A stretch of 64,000 nt of DNA from Candidatus Eiseniibacteriota bacterium (GCA_963762255.1 CAVXKA010000002.1:1216001-1280000); one strand, 5' to 3'; numbered from the stretch's first letter, positions 26,233 to 35,756 are shown. Notes: generated by a model from the letters alone, not told the origin. Made by a program: numbers and translations.

Positions 26233-27522
26233 ATGTTGAAGCCCGGAACCTTCAGACGGTGCATCATGGTGGCGGCGGCCCTCGGCCTCCTCGTGGCCCT
26301 TCCGGCCCAGGGGCAGGTGCGATTCGGGGGCGACTTCATGATGCGGTTCTACACAGAGAAGTTCGACAACACCCTGGACAACCGCGAAGACCTCAACTAC
26401 ACGCGGGTGAGGGCGCGGCTGAGCATGGACGTGCCGATCGGCAAGACCGCGGGAGTGCACACGGACTTCGTCACCGTGAGCAGCAACCCCACCCTTCCCG
26501 CCCGGGCCATCGGCGGGTTGGGCCCGCTGTCCTACGGCATCAGCCAAATCTACGGGGACCTGGTCACCTCCCGCGTGCCGATGTGGGACCTGACCAGGAT
26601 CAGGGTCGGGCGCCAGCATTACGCTCTCGGCGACGGCCTGACCCTGGGCGACAGCTACTACCAGCTCAACCAGTACGACGCGGGACGGGTCGATCTGATG
26701 CGCGGCCGTTGGACGCTGGGGCTATTCGGATCGATCACCAGGCAGGAGGTCACCGAGGACGGTTACTACCCCAAGCCCGGCAGCGATCAGCTCTATGTGG
26801 CCAAGGTGGAGAGCGAACTCTACGATCACGTCCTCCTGGCCTACGGCGTATACGAGAAGCAGCGCGGCGACTTCAACGACAACGTCGTGTTCGGTCTCGG
26901 CGCGAGAGGACACCTCTTCACGCGAGACATTGAGTACTCGGGCGAGTTCGCCTCCCAGGACTTCAACACGCTTCCCGGCCTGCCCGACAGGGGGGGCATC
27001 GCTTACATGGGAGGCCTGAGCTACACCTGGTCCATGGGGCCTTTCCGGACCGTCAAGGCCGAGTTCCGGACCGCGGGGTACCAGGGCGACGACCCAGGCA
27101 CTAGGGAGATCGAGACGTTCGAGCCGTACTATCCGGCCTGGGCCTGGGGCGACCGCGTGGGCTACGTCAACGGCGACGTCGGCGGGGACTACCCCCACGA
27201 CGGGAAGCGGCTCGAAGGCAGCCGCGTCTATTTCGGCAGGATCTACTTCTCCCCGTCGGCCTTCCCCGATTTCCGCCTTCAGCTCCAGTACGCCACGGTG
27301 GACGCATGGGAGAGGAACAGCAGCGGCGCAACCGGGTCGAGCGACGAGTACGGGGTGAAGCTCTACTACTCGGTCAACCAAAACGTCCGTTTGCAGGCCC
27401 GGTACTTGCTGCGCAAGCAAAACGGCGAGGACAGCGACGTCAACGACAGCGGCGTGATCTCGAGCAGCGAGGACAAGTACGACGCGCGTCGCATCGTGTT
27501 CGAGTTCCTGTACAAGTACTAG
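26233..27522 (+). CDS. Outer-membrane beta-barrel, alginate export (AlgE-like) family
   Basis: Signal peptide; RVRARLSMD and RIRVGRQ...GDG motifs; amphipathic strands; aromatic C-terminus FEFLYKY. Confidence 0.7.
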   Translation: MLKPGTFRRCIMVAAALGLLVALPAQGQVRFGGDFMMRFYTEKFDNTLDNREDLNYTRVRARLSMDVPIGKTAGVHTDFVTVSSNPTLPARAIGGLGPLSYGISQIYGDLVTSRVPMWDLTRIRVGRQHYALGDGLTLGDSYYQLNQYDAGRVDLMRGRWTLGLFGSITRQEVTEDGYYPKPGSDQLYVAKVESELYDHVLLAYGVYEKQRGDFNDNVVFGLGARGHLFTRDIEYSGEFASQDFNTLPGLPDRGGIAYMGGLSYTWSMGPFRTVKAEFRTAGYQGDDPGTREIETFEPYYPAWAWGDRVGYVNGDVGGDYPHDGKRLEGSRVYFGRIYFSPSAFPDFRLQLQYATVDAWERNSSGATGSSDEYGVKLYYSVNQNVRLQARYLLRKQNGEDSDVNDSGVISSSEDKYDARRIVFEFLYKY

Positions 27523-27581
27523 CCGGTAGCCGTCGGGGAGTCGCCGGCTGACCGGCGGCACGGGCCGGCAAAGGAGACATC

Positions 27582-28193
27582 ATGTTCGGATACTTCCTAC
27601 GGATGGTCGCGGTCTTCCTGATTCTGGGCGTCCCCTTCGCGACCGCAGCCGCGGAGCAGCCGGGGGCGGCGGGTACGCAAGCGCCAGCCGTGCGGTTCGA
27701 GAAGCCGATATTGCTGACTTCCGCCGGCCAGAGCGTGGACATCAAGCTCGCGGGGGTTCTTCTGCAGCGCCTCAAGGTCCCCTTCGACGCGAAGCCCATC
27801 GCCACCGCGGCGGACCTGGTGGGATACAAGTCGCTGGTGGTGGTGCCCGGATACAGCTCGAAGGGACTCGGATCGGCGGGCGTCAGCCGTGACGATGAGC
27901 TGAAGCGCGTGGAAGACCTGTTGGCGGCGGCGGCGAAGGCGAAGGTCCCCGTGCTGACCCTGCACCTGGGGGGCAACGCGCGGCGCGGAGTGCAGTCGGA
28001 CGACTTCAATGCCATGGTGGTGAAGGCATCCGACATGGCGATCGTCGTGGCCCAAGGCGACGAAGACGGGTTCTTCACGAACCTCTGCCGGGGAGAGAAG
28101 ATCCCGCTTAGGGTCGTCAAGATCATCGCGGACGCTATGAAGCCACTGGAAGAGGCGATGGCTCCGGCCGGTCAGGCGGCGGCGAAGCCATGA
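27582..28193 (+). CDS. DUF6305 family exported protein
   Basis: Signal peptide; TSAGQS, PGYSSKGLGSAG and HLGGNARRG motifs recalled for DUF6305. Confidence 0.8.
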   Translation: MFGYFLRMVAVFLILGVPFATAAAEQPGAAGTQAPAVRFEKPILLTSAGQSVDIKLAGVLLQRLKVPFDAKPIATAADLVGYKSLVVVPGYSSKGLGSAGVSRDDELKRVEDLLAAAAKAKVPVLTLHLGGNARRGVQSDDFNAMVVKASDMAIVVAQGDEDGFFTNLCRGEKIPLRVVKIIADAMKPLEEAMAPAGQAAAKP

Positions 28194-30130
28194 GAAAGGC
28201 CGGCGGGGCGCCCCGGGTTGGCGCATGGATCGGATTCGTCCGCGGCACGGCGGCGTTTGCGACGGTGGCAACTCTGGCCCTGTCGGTCTTCGTGGCGGGC
28301 GCCTGCTCCCAGACCCAGGCCCCGCCTCAGGTCGGTGGGGTGGCGGCGACCGCCCATCCCCTGGCCTCGGAGGCGGCCATCCAGATGCTGTCGCGAGGCG
28401 GCAACGCCGTCGACGCCGCCGTGGCGGCGGCCTTCGCGATCGGCGTGGTGGAGCCGGACGGCTCCGGACTCGGCGGTGGTGGCGGCATGCTCGTCTACAT
28501 GCACGACCGCCGGGAGACCATCTACGTCAACTACTACCACCGAGCCCCGGCCGACCCCGGTGCCGCTTCCTTCGTTTCATCCCGAGATCGTGACACCGCC
28601 AAGTCCGCCCTGGTTCCGGGCACGGTAGCCGGGCTCTGCCTCGCCCTCGAGAAGTACGGCACGCTTCCCCTGACCGAGGTCCTCGAACCCGCGATTCGCT
28701 ACGCGCGGGACGGTTTCGCTGTGGATGCAACGCTGGCCGGATTGCTCCTCGACTTCACCGACGTCATGGCCCAGCGGCCGGACCTGGCAGAGGTGTTCCT
28801 GGTCGACGGGTTTCCGAAGATGGAAGGCGACACGCTGAAACAGTCGAAGCTGGCCGGGACGCTGGAGCTCATCGCGCAGAACGGGCGCGACGGGTTCTAC
28901 AAAGGCGAGACGGCACGCGCCCTGGTTGAACGGGTCACGGCGGAGGGAGGAGCCATGACCCTCGCGGACCTCGAGGGATACGAGGCGGAGGTCTCCCAGC
29001 CGGTCCGCGGCACCTATCGTGGGTACGAGATCGTCTCCGCGCCCGCGCCCCATTCCGGAGCCACGTTGATCGAGATCATGAACATGATCGAGCAGATCGA
29101 CCTGGACCCCAAAGTCCACTTCACCCAGTCGGCCGAGACCATGCACATGCTGGCCGAGATCTTCCGGCGCGCCTACGCCGACCGAAGCCAGTACCTCGCG
29201 GATCCGGACTTCGTGCGCGTTCCCGAGACCGGGCTGATTTCCAAGGCCTACGCGCGCGAGGTCCTCTCGGGCATCAACCCATACCGGGCGGAACCGCGCA
29301 ACTATCGCGATACGCCCTATGGCTCTCCCTTGAAGTTCGATGGTCGGGCCGGTACCCAGGAGGTCCCGCAGCCTGATCAGCGCAAACGGGTCTGGGGAGA
29401 CGGGGACGATGACGACCCGGGGTTGAACGAAGATTCGGGCGATCCGTTCGACCGCTGGAAGGGCAAGCCGAAGAAGAACAGCGACAAGAGCGAAGTTCTG
29501 GTTCCCGAGGGCGCTTTCGAGGGCGCGAGCACGACGCACATCTCCGTCATCGACGCCAACAACAACATGGTCACTCTCACCCAGACGCTGGGCAACTTCT
29601 GGGGCAGCAAGACCATGGTGAACGGCGTCCTGCTCAACAACGGCCGCGTGAACTTCAGCACGGCTTCCGCCATCAACGTCATCGAGCCCAACAAGCGGCC
29701 TCGCAGCTCGATCACGCCCACGTTGCTCTTCCGGAACGGATCTCCCGCCTTCGCGCTGGGATCCCCCGGGGCGGGGCGCATCATCGCGGTACTGGCCCAG
29801 GTGATCATGAATCTGGTCGACTACGGGATGGACGCGCAGGCGGCCAACGACGCTCCCCGGTTCTTCTGCCAGAAGTTCGACGATCACCTCTCGGTCGAGT
29901 CCCGCATCGATCGGGGAATCGTGGACCGGCTGTCGGGCATGGGTCACTCGGTTCGCATGCTGGGCGACATGGACCTGTTCTTCGGCGGCGTGCAGATCGC
30001 GGGCATTCGTCCAGGGACGGGCGAGCTGGTCGGTTCGGCGGATCCCCGACGAGGGGGAAACGCGCTGAACGCGGATTCGGAGGAGTCGCCGAAGAAGTCG
30101 CGGGACGTGGCACCGGACGACCCCGACTAG
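28190..30130 (+). CDS. ggt: gamma-glutamyltransferase (T3 Ntn hydrolase), CapD-like lipoprotein
   Basis: GGNAVDAAVA, EPDGSGLGGGG, autoprocessing S|TTHISVID, PNKRPRSS, GSPG, ADPRRGG; lipobox VAGAC. Confidence 0.9.
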   Translation: MRKAGGAPRVGAWIGFVRGTAAFATVATLALSVFVAGACSQTQAPPQVGGVAATAHPLASEAAIQMLSRGGNAVDAAVAAAFAIGVVEPDGSGLGGGGGMLVYMHDRRETIYVNYYHRAPADPGAASFVSSRDRDTAKSALVPGTVAGLCLALEKYGTLPLTEVLEPAIRYARDGFAVDATLAGLLLDFTDVMAQRPDLAEVFLVDGFPKMEGDTLKQSKLAGTLELIAQNGRDGFYKGETARALVERVTAEGGAMTLADLEGYEAEVSQPVRGTYRGYEIVSAPAPHSGATLIEIMNMIEQIDLDPKVHFTQSAETMHMLAEIFRRAYADRSQYLADPDFVRVPETGLISKAYAREVLSGINPYRAEPRNYRDTPYGSPLKFDGRAGTQEVPQPDQRKRVWGDGDDDDPGLNEDSGDPFDRWKGKPKKNSDKSEVLVPEGAFEGASTTHISVIDANNNMVTLTQTLGNFWGSKTMVNGVLLNNGRVNFSTASAINVIEPNKRPRSSITPTLLFRNGSPAFALGSPGAGRIIAVLAQVIMNLVDYGMDAQAANDAPRFFCQKFDDHLSVESRIDRGIVDRLSGMGHSVRMLGDMDLFFGGVQIAGIRPGTGELVGSADPRRGGNALNADSEESPKKSRDVAPDDPD

Positions 30131-30149
30131 CGGGGCCGGGCTTCTCTCG

Positions 30150-31295
30150 ATGAGCTGGGTCCTCGGCCTGTCCGGCCTCCTGGTGGTCCTGCTTCTCCTG
30201 GAAGCGGCCGTGATGCACTGGAGCGTGAACGGCATCCCCTGCCGGGTGCTCGTCACGGGGACCCGCGGGAAGTCGGGACTGGTGAGGGTCCTCTCGGCCG
30301 GCCTGCGCACCGTCGAGCCGGCAACGTGGGGCAAGATCACCGGGGATATCGCGTCCGTGGTGACCCCGGAAGGGACGTTGCGCCGACTCGCGCGCCGTGG
30401 CCCCGCGCATCTGCGAGAGCAGGCAAGGTTGGTCCGTGATTGCCGGAGGAGCCGGGCCCGCTGCCTGGTTATCGAGTCCATGGCTGTCACCCCAGAAGCG
30501 ATGGTGGCGGAAGCACGGCTCCTCCGGCCCACATTGATGATCGTGACGAATGTTCGTGACGACCACCGGGAGACCCTCGGGAGCGATCCGGACCGGCAGC
30601 GTGCGGCCTACTTGTCGTCGATTCCCTCCGGCTGCCGATGGCTGACCCGGGACGAGGAGTTCGTGGACTTCGCCCTCCGTTCGGGTCGGACTTCCGCACG
30701 GGTTCCCCTGCCTGCGAGCACGGCGGACCCTGGCAATCCGGAGGAACTCAATGTCGCCGCCGAACTGGTCGCCACGGCCGAGGCGGCGATGATCGCGCTG
30801 GGCTTGGACCCGAAGCCGGCTCGCGGCGAGATGCAGGCCGCCGCCGCGCAGCTCTTGCCGCCGACGCGGGTCGTGGCCCTGCACGGGCGGGAGATGATCC
30901 TGTTGGACGCGTTCTCCGCCAATGAGTTGGAGTCCCTGGCGCGATTGTGGACGCAATGGCGAAAGGAAACCGGCGACGGATCGAAGTGGTCCGTGCTGCT
31001 CAATACCCGCGCCGACCGGCCGTTGCGGACACGCCAGTTCTGCGGGTGGCTGGCCGGCCGGGATGACATCGATCAGATCTTCCTGGCGGGATCCCACGTC
31101 CCGGCGGCAGCCCGGTTCTTGCGCGGATGTGGCCGGCCGCTGGTCAGGGTGCCCCGAGGCGAACCGATCGTCACCGCCGAGGATCGAGACACGGCGTCCC
31201 GCCGGGAGGACCTGGGCTTCGTCGTCGGGATCGGGAACGTGAGCGGCCTGGGCCTGCGTCTTCGCGCGGAATCGGGCGGAGGCGTCAGGCCGTGA
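30150..31295 (+). CDS. pgsB: Poly-gamma-glutamate synthase PgsB/CapB (Mur-ligase-like)
   Basis: N-terminal TM; VTGTRGKS P-loop, KITG, REQ, ESMAV.P, TNVRDDH, AFSAN, NTRADRPLRT.QF, GIGN. Confidence 0.85.
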   Translation: MSWVLGLSGLLVVLLLLEAAVMHWSVNGIPCRVLVTGTRGKSGLVRVLSAGLRTVEPATWGKITGDIASVVTPEGTLRRLARRGPAHLREQARLVRDCRRSRARCLVIESMAVTPEAMVAEARLLRPTLMIVTNVRDDHRETLGSDPDRQRAAYLSSIPSGCRWLTRDEEFVDFALRSGRTSARVPLPASTADPGNPEELNVAAELVATAEAAMIALGLDPKPARGEMQAAAAQLLPPTRVVALHGREMILLDAFSANELESLARLWTQWRKETGDGSKWSVLLNTRADRPLRTRQFCGWLAGRDDIDQIFLAGSHVPAAARFLRGCGRPLVRVPRGEPIVTAEDRDTASRREDLGFVVGIGNVSGLGLRLRAESGGGVRP

Positions 31296-31738
31296 TTCCC
31301 GAGCTGTTCCTGATCGGACTGGTCGTCGGCTTCCTATACTACGAGTGGACCGGTGTCTCCCCCGGCGGTGTGATCCCTCCCGCCTACTTCGCCCTCTTCC
31401 TCTCCCAGCCGGAACGGATCCTGGTCACGGTAGCGCTCGCACTTCTGGTCTACGCAGCAGTCCGTCTCCTGCAAGCGCACACGCTTCTCTACGGCCGGCG
31501 CCGGTTGCTCGCCGCGCTCCTGCTGGGTTTCGTATTCAAGTGGTGCGCCGAGGCATTGATCGCGCCGAACGTCGCAACGCCGTTCGAGATCCATGCCGTC
31601 GGCTACATCATTCCGGGGCTGATCGCCAACGACATGGTGAGGCAGCGCATCCTGCCCACCGTCCTTTCGATAGGGATCGTCACCATCCTGGTCGGCCTGT
31701 TGGGCCTGCTGATGGGAATCGGGTGGAACCGGCTGTGA
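31292..31738 (+). CDS. pgsC: Poly-gamma-glutamate biosynthesis protein PgsC/CapC
   Basis: GTGA overlap; E.TGVSPGGVIPPAYFAL, LLYGRRR, VGYIIPGLIAND..RQ. Confidence 0.92.
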   Translation: MIPELFLIGLVVGFLYYEWTGVSPGGVIPPAYFALFLSQPERILVTVALALLVYAAVRLLQAHTLLYGRRRLLAALLLGFVFKWCAEALIAPNVATPFEIHAVGYIIPGLIANDMVRQRILPTVLSIGIVTILVGLLGLLMGIGWNRL

Positions 31739-32781
31739 AGCCGCGCCGGCCCGGATTGGCCATCGCGTTCGTCGTGGCGGCGGTCTCCTGGCTGGCAGTC
31801 CAGGAATACGGCAGGGAGCAGGTTTCGCACCCGTTGCGCGACAAGATGATCGACGCGGTTCGGCGCACGGAGAGGGCCTTTGCTGTAGTTGATTCCGCAA
31901 AGCGTGCCGAAGGGCGTGGATTCCCCGCCGAATCTAGATTGCCCTGGGCATCCCTCCTCGGTGAGGACTACACCGTCATGACCACGACATTGGGCTCGCG
32001 CGAGGCCAAGGAGGTCTCCACAGACCCCGCCTGGGCTTCCGTGATGGTCCGTCTGCTGAGCGAGGCCGGGGTGGTGGAGGGAGACACGGTGGCGGTCCTG
32101 ATCTCGTCCTCGTTTCCTGCGCTGGCGGTCGCCGCACTGGCCGGCCTGCACGAGCTGGGCGCCGTTCCGCTGGTGATGTCATCCGTCGGCGCCTCGTCGT
32201 ACGGCGCGAACGTGCGCGGTGGAACATGGCTCGATTGGGAGCGCTGGCTGAGGAGCGACGGCGTGCTACAGGTTCGTTCCGCGCTGGTCACGCCTGGCGG
32301 TGAAGACGATGTCGCAGCCGGCATGCCCGAGGAAGGCCGGACCTGGATCGAAGAGGCGGCGCAACGCAACGGCGCGGCTCTGCTGCGCCCGGCGTCGCTA
32401 TCGGACGCCATCTCGATCCGGATGGCACTCCTGGAACGAACCCGGCCCCGGGCGATCATCAACATCGGAGGCGGCCAGGCGTCGCTGGGTGCCTGTCGAC
32501 ACGCCGCGTCCTTGCCGGTCGGCTTGTGGGGGTCCACGCCGGCGTGCAATTGCCCGGATCGAGGGGTAATCACGCGGCTTTCCGAGCAGGGTGTGCCCGT
32601 CATCCATCTCCTTCAGATCCGTCGGCTGGCCTCGCTATACGGGCTGGATCCCGAACCGGGCGGGCACCCCGCCTATCACGCGAACGTGACCATGCTCACT
32701 CGCATACGTGGCGCGTGGATTCTGGCCGCTCTATCTGTCATACTTGTATCGTTGTTGATCTTCGGAAAGAGACCGCTATGA
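31735..32781 (+). CDS. pgsW: Poly-gamma-glutamate system protein PgsW
   Basis: GTGA overlap; GEDYTVMTTTLGSREAK, SSSFPAL, SSVGASSYGAN, INIGGG, VPVIHLL; N- and C-terminal TMs. Confidence 0.85.
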   Translation: MKPRRPGLAIAFVVAAVSWLAVQEYGREQVSHPLRDKMIDAVRRTERAFAVVDSAKRAEGRGFPAESRLPWASLLGEDYTVMTTTLGSREAKEVSTDPAWASVMVRLLSEAGVVEGDTVAVLISSSFPALAVAALAGLHELGAVPLVMSSVGASSYGANVRGGTWLDWERWLRSDGVLQVRSALVTPGGEDDVAAGMPEEGRTWIEEAAQRNGAALLRPASLSDAISIRMALLERTRPRAIINIGGGQASLGACRHAASLPVGLWGSTPACNCPDRGVITRLSEQGVPVIHLLQIRRLASLYGLDPEPGGHPAYHANVTMLTRIRGAWILAALSVILVSLLIFGKRPL

Positions 32782-34085
32782 AAAAGAACCTGTTCCTCTT
32801 CCTGGCCGTCTTGCTGACCGGCCTCGTGGCCTCGGGCGCTGAGGCCCAGGTGACGCAGTCCGGGGACCTCGCCGACCATATCGACTCCATCATCGCCGCC
32901 ATGCCGACCACGAACGGCGGCGGTGAGTATCAGCAACCGAACGCGGAATCCCGCGCCATCTGGCGAGAGATCATCGATCACATCCTGGCCGGCGAGCTCG
33001 CCGAGGCGCATACCAAGGCCCTCACCAAGAACTACCAGGTCGTCGTGTACACCGATACCGAGAGCGAGGGCTCGCATGTCCACATCCTCCTGGAGCGGAC
33101 AGCCGGGTCGACTTCCCGCTACTGGGGGACCTTCCTGTTCAATCCCTCGCCGCTGCGCCCGAATTTCGTCATCCAGAGTCCACATCCGCGTTACGACTTG
33201 AACACCGGCTACCAAAGCGTGAGGGTCTACCTCTATACCGGTGCGCGTGCCTTCTTTGTGTCGGGCACGCATCGCTGCAACGGCATCAGCTATTCGCCGT
33301 GCAGCGGCACGACCACCGCCTGCAGCGAGACGTCGGAGCCCTACCGCTATTCGGACCAATGCCACGTCGTGGATTCGACGTTCCAGATCACGACGCAGGC
33401 CATGCTAGAAGAGAACCCCGATCTCATCATCCTTCAGCCCCACGGATACGGCCAAGGCACGGGCGACCCGGATCTCATCATCAGTAACGGCACCAGGCAC
33501 ATGCCGACCGGCACGGACTACGCCGTCGCGTTCCGCGACGCGATGCAGGACATCGACCCGACGCTCACGGCGAAGGTGGCGCACGTCGACCTGGATTGGA
33601 CCGAGTTGATCGCCACATGGAACACCCAGGGCCGACTGCTCAACGGGAGCTCGAATCCCTGCACCAGCTCCCCTTCGTCGGCAACGGGCCAGTTCGTGCA
33701 CATCGAACAGGCGAGAATCGGCCTGCGGGACACTGAGCAGAACTGGATGAAGCTGGCGCAGGCCGCGGCGGCCGTCATTCCGATGGATGCAACGGCGGTG
33801 CCGCCCGGCGAGACAACGCCCGTCGCCCGCATTCTCATGGTCTCGCCGAACCCGTCCGGTTCAGGGACTCGCATCGTATTCGAGATCGATCAGCCCGGCC
33901 GGGTCAAGGTCGATGTGTTCGACGTGGCCGGCCGGAGGGTAGCCTCGTTGGACGACGGTATGCGGCCGGCGGGAGTCCACCACGTCTCATGGGGCGCCGG
34001 GGGAGTGCCGTCCGGGATCTACTTCATCCACCTCAGTCACGACCAAGAGCTGCTGGACGTCCACAGGAGCGTCGTTCTCCATTGA
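32778..34085 (+). CDS. Secreted Zn-hydrolase-like protein with FlgD-type CTD
   Basis: ATGA overlap with pgsW; signal peptide; QSPHPRYDLNT, GTHR, SDQCH, QPHGY, FVHIEQ; CTD SPNP...FDVAGRRV...SGIYF. Confidence 0.7.
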   Translation: MKKNLFLFLAVLLTGLVASGAEAQVTQSGDLADHIDSIIAAMPTTNGGGEYQQPNAESRAIWREIIDHILAGELAEAHTKALTKNYQVVVYTDTESEGSHVHILLERTAGSTSRYWGTFLFNPSPLRPNFVIQSPHPRYDLNTGYQSVRVYLYTGARAFFVSGTHRCNGISYSPCSGTTTACSETSEPYRYSDQCHVVDSTFQITTQAMLEENPDLIILQPHGYGQGTGDPDLIISNGTRHMPTGTDYAVAFRDAMQDIDPTLTAKVAHVDLDWTELIATWNTQGRLLNGSSNPCTSSPSSATGQFVHIEQARIGLRDTEQNWMKLAQAAAAVIPMDATAVPPGETTPVARILMVSPNPSGSGTRIVFEIDQPGRVKVDVFDVAGRRVASLDDGMRPAGVHHVSWGAGGVPSGIYFIHLSHDQELLDVHRSVVLH

Positions 34086-34277
34086 GTTCCGGAGATTTCC
34101 GGGATTGAATCAGCCTGTGCCCTACCAACCCGCACCTCCGGAATCCGCGGCCAAGCAAATCTCAGAGCGCAACGGCGATGGACGACGCGCCGGAAGCAGT
34201 CAGCCGGGACTGCCGGTCTCTAGCGGGACTCGCAGTAAGGTCGGACACAAGCTACCTTTCGCGCCCTCCGCTCGCCG

Positions 34278-35756
34278 TTAGACCGCCGCTGACGGGTTTG
34301 ACGAGATCCCGGAGTGTTTGGTCTTCTGGTAGTACGCAATCATGCCCAGCGTGGAGATGAACCCTACCGCGCCCAGGATGACCCAGACTCTCCAGGGCTG
34401 GCCGATGTCCCACAGCAGGGCCGTCGCCTCTTCCATGGTCCCGCCCTGGCCGCCGTTGAGCATGGAGGTCATGGTCTCCATGACCTTCTCTTGCGGGATC
34501 TTCGCCACCTCTGCGGCCGACATGCCGAGGGTGTCGACGAGGTACTGGCGCGCGAAGTGGATCTTGCTCCCCAAGTGGTCGTACAGCGGCCCGGAGAGGA
34601 TGTTGCCCAACCCCCAACCCACGGCGAAGGGGATGTTGGAGTACCCCATGTACGCGGCCTTCTTCTCCGGCGGAGCAGTCAGGCCGATGTACTCCGAAAA
34701 CTTGGGGCTGCACATCATCTCGCCGACGGCGAAGACGAAGATCGCCAAGGCGACCATCAGGCCGGTCGTGAAGCAGCCCGCGCTGACGAAGGCAACCAGG
34801 GAGACCAGCATGCCGCCGATGAGGGCGATCATCGGGTGCCGCTTGCCGGTCAGCCACGCGACGAGCAGCATGAACGCGATGATGGCGGCGCTGTCGATGT
34901 TGATCAGGATCTCCGGCTTGACGTTGCCGCTCGCCAGCAGCCAGCCCGGGTTCAGAGACGACACGAAGCCGGCGATGTCCCGCGAATTCACCCATTCGTC
35001 GATGAAATTGGGGAGAAGATCCCACAGTTGCATGAACATGAACCAAAAGCCGCTGAAGATGCCCAGGAAGATGAGGAAGTTCTTGTCCTTCAGCGTGGCG
35101 AGAGTGTCCATGAACGTCTGCGCGGGAGACTTGTACTTGCTAGGGCCGACCCTCTCCGGCTCCTTATAGAAGAAGATCGTGGGAATGAAGTTGAAAGCGG
35201 TCACCCCCGCGGCGCAGAAGAACACCAACTTGAAGTTGGTTTCGCCCCTGAGCTGGGCGGCCAGCATGGGGGCCAGGAAGCCGCCCAGGTTGACCATCCA
35301 ATAGAAGATGCCCCAGGCAATGGAGCTATTCTCCTCGGTGGAAGCCTTGGCGATGGTGCCCTGCACGGGAGGTTTGAAGATGGCGGTGCCCAGTCCCACC
35401 AGGCAGGCGGCTCCCAGGGCTCCCCAGAAACCCGTCGCGTAGGCGAAGGCGAGATAGCCCAGGATGTTGATGGTGTACGCGATGTACAGGCTCTTCTTGT
35501 ACCCGTACTGATCGGTAAAGCCGCCGGAGATCATGGGCACGAGGCATTGCACGGCGGCCCAGACACCGAAGATAGTGCCCTTTGCCGAGTAGCTCAGCCC
35601 CATACCGCCCTGGGCCACGGCGTAGACCATGCACAGCGGCAGCACGGCGCGCACCCCGAAGAACGCCAGCCGCTCGTTGGCTTCCAGCCAGTTGGCAAAC
35701 CAGAAGTTGGGCCTCAGCCCGCGAATCTGCTTCCGAACCGGGACCTTGGTGGGCAT
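34278..35756 (-). CDS. MFS transporter, POT/PTR-like peptide transporter
   Basis: EANERLAFFG (ExxER motif), GTAIFKPP, FYWMVNLGG; multi-TM pattern. Confidence 0.85.
   Translation of the reverse strand: MPTKVPVRKQIRGLRPNFWFANWLEANERLAFFGVRAVLPLCMVYAVAQGGMGLSYSAKGTIFGVWAAVQCLVPMISGGFTDQYGYKKSLYIAYTINILGYLAFAYATGFWGALGAACLVGLGTAIFKPPVQGTIAKASTEENSSIAWGIFYWMVNLGGFLAPMLAAQLRGETNFKLVFFCAAGVTAFNFIPTIFFYKEPERVGPSKYKSPAQTFMDTLATLKDKNFLIFLGIFSGFWFMFMQLWDLLPNFIDEWVNSRDIAGFVSSLNPGWLLASGNVKPEILINIDSAAIIAFMLLVAWLTGKRHPMIALIGGMLVSLVAFVSAGCFTTGLMVALAIFVFAVGEMMCSPKFSEYIGLTAPPEKKAAYMGYSNIPFAVGWGLGNILSGPLYDHLGSKIHFARQYLVDTLGMSAAEVAKIPQEKVMETMTSMLNGGQGGTMEEATALLWDIGQPWRVWVILGAVGFISTLGMIAYYQKTKHSGISSNPSAAV

Noticed and set aside
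28577-30532. 651-aa minus-strand ORF
   Set aside because: Antisense shadow of ggt/pgsB.
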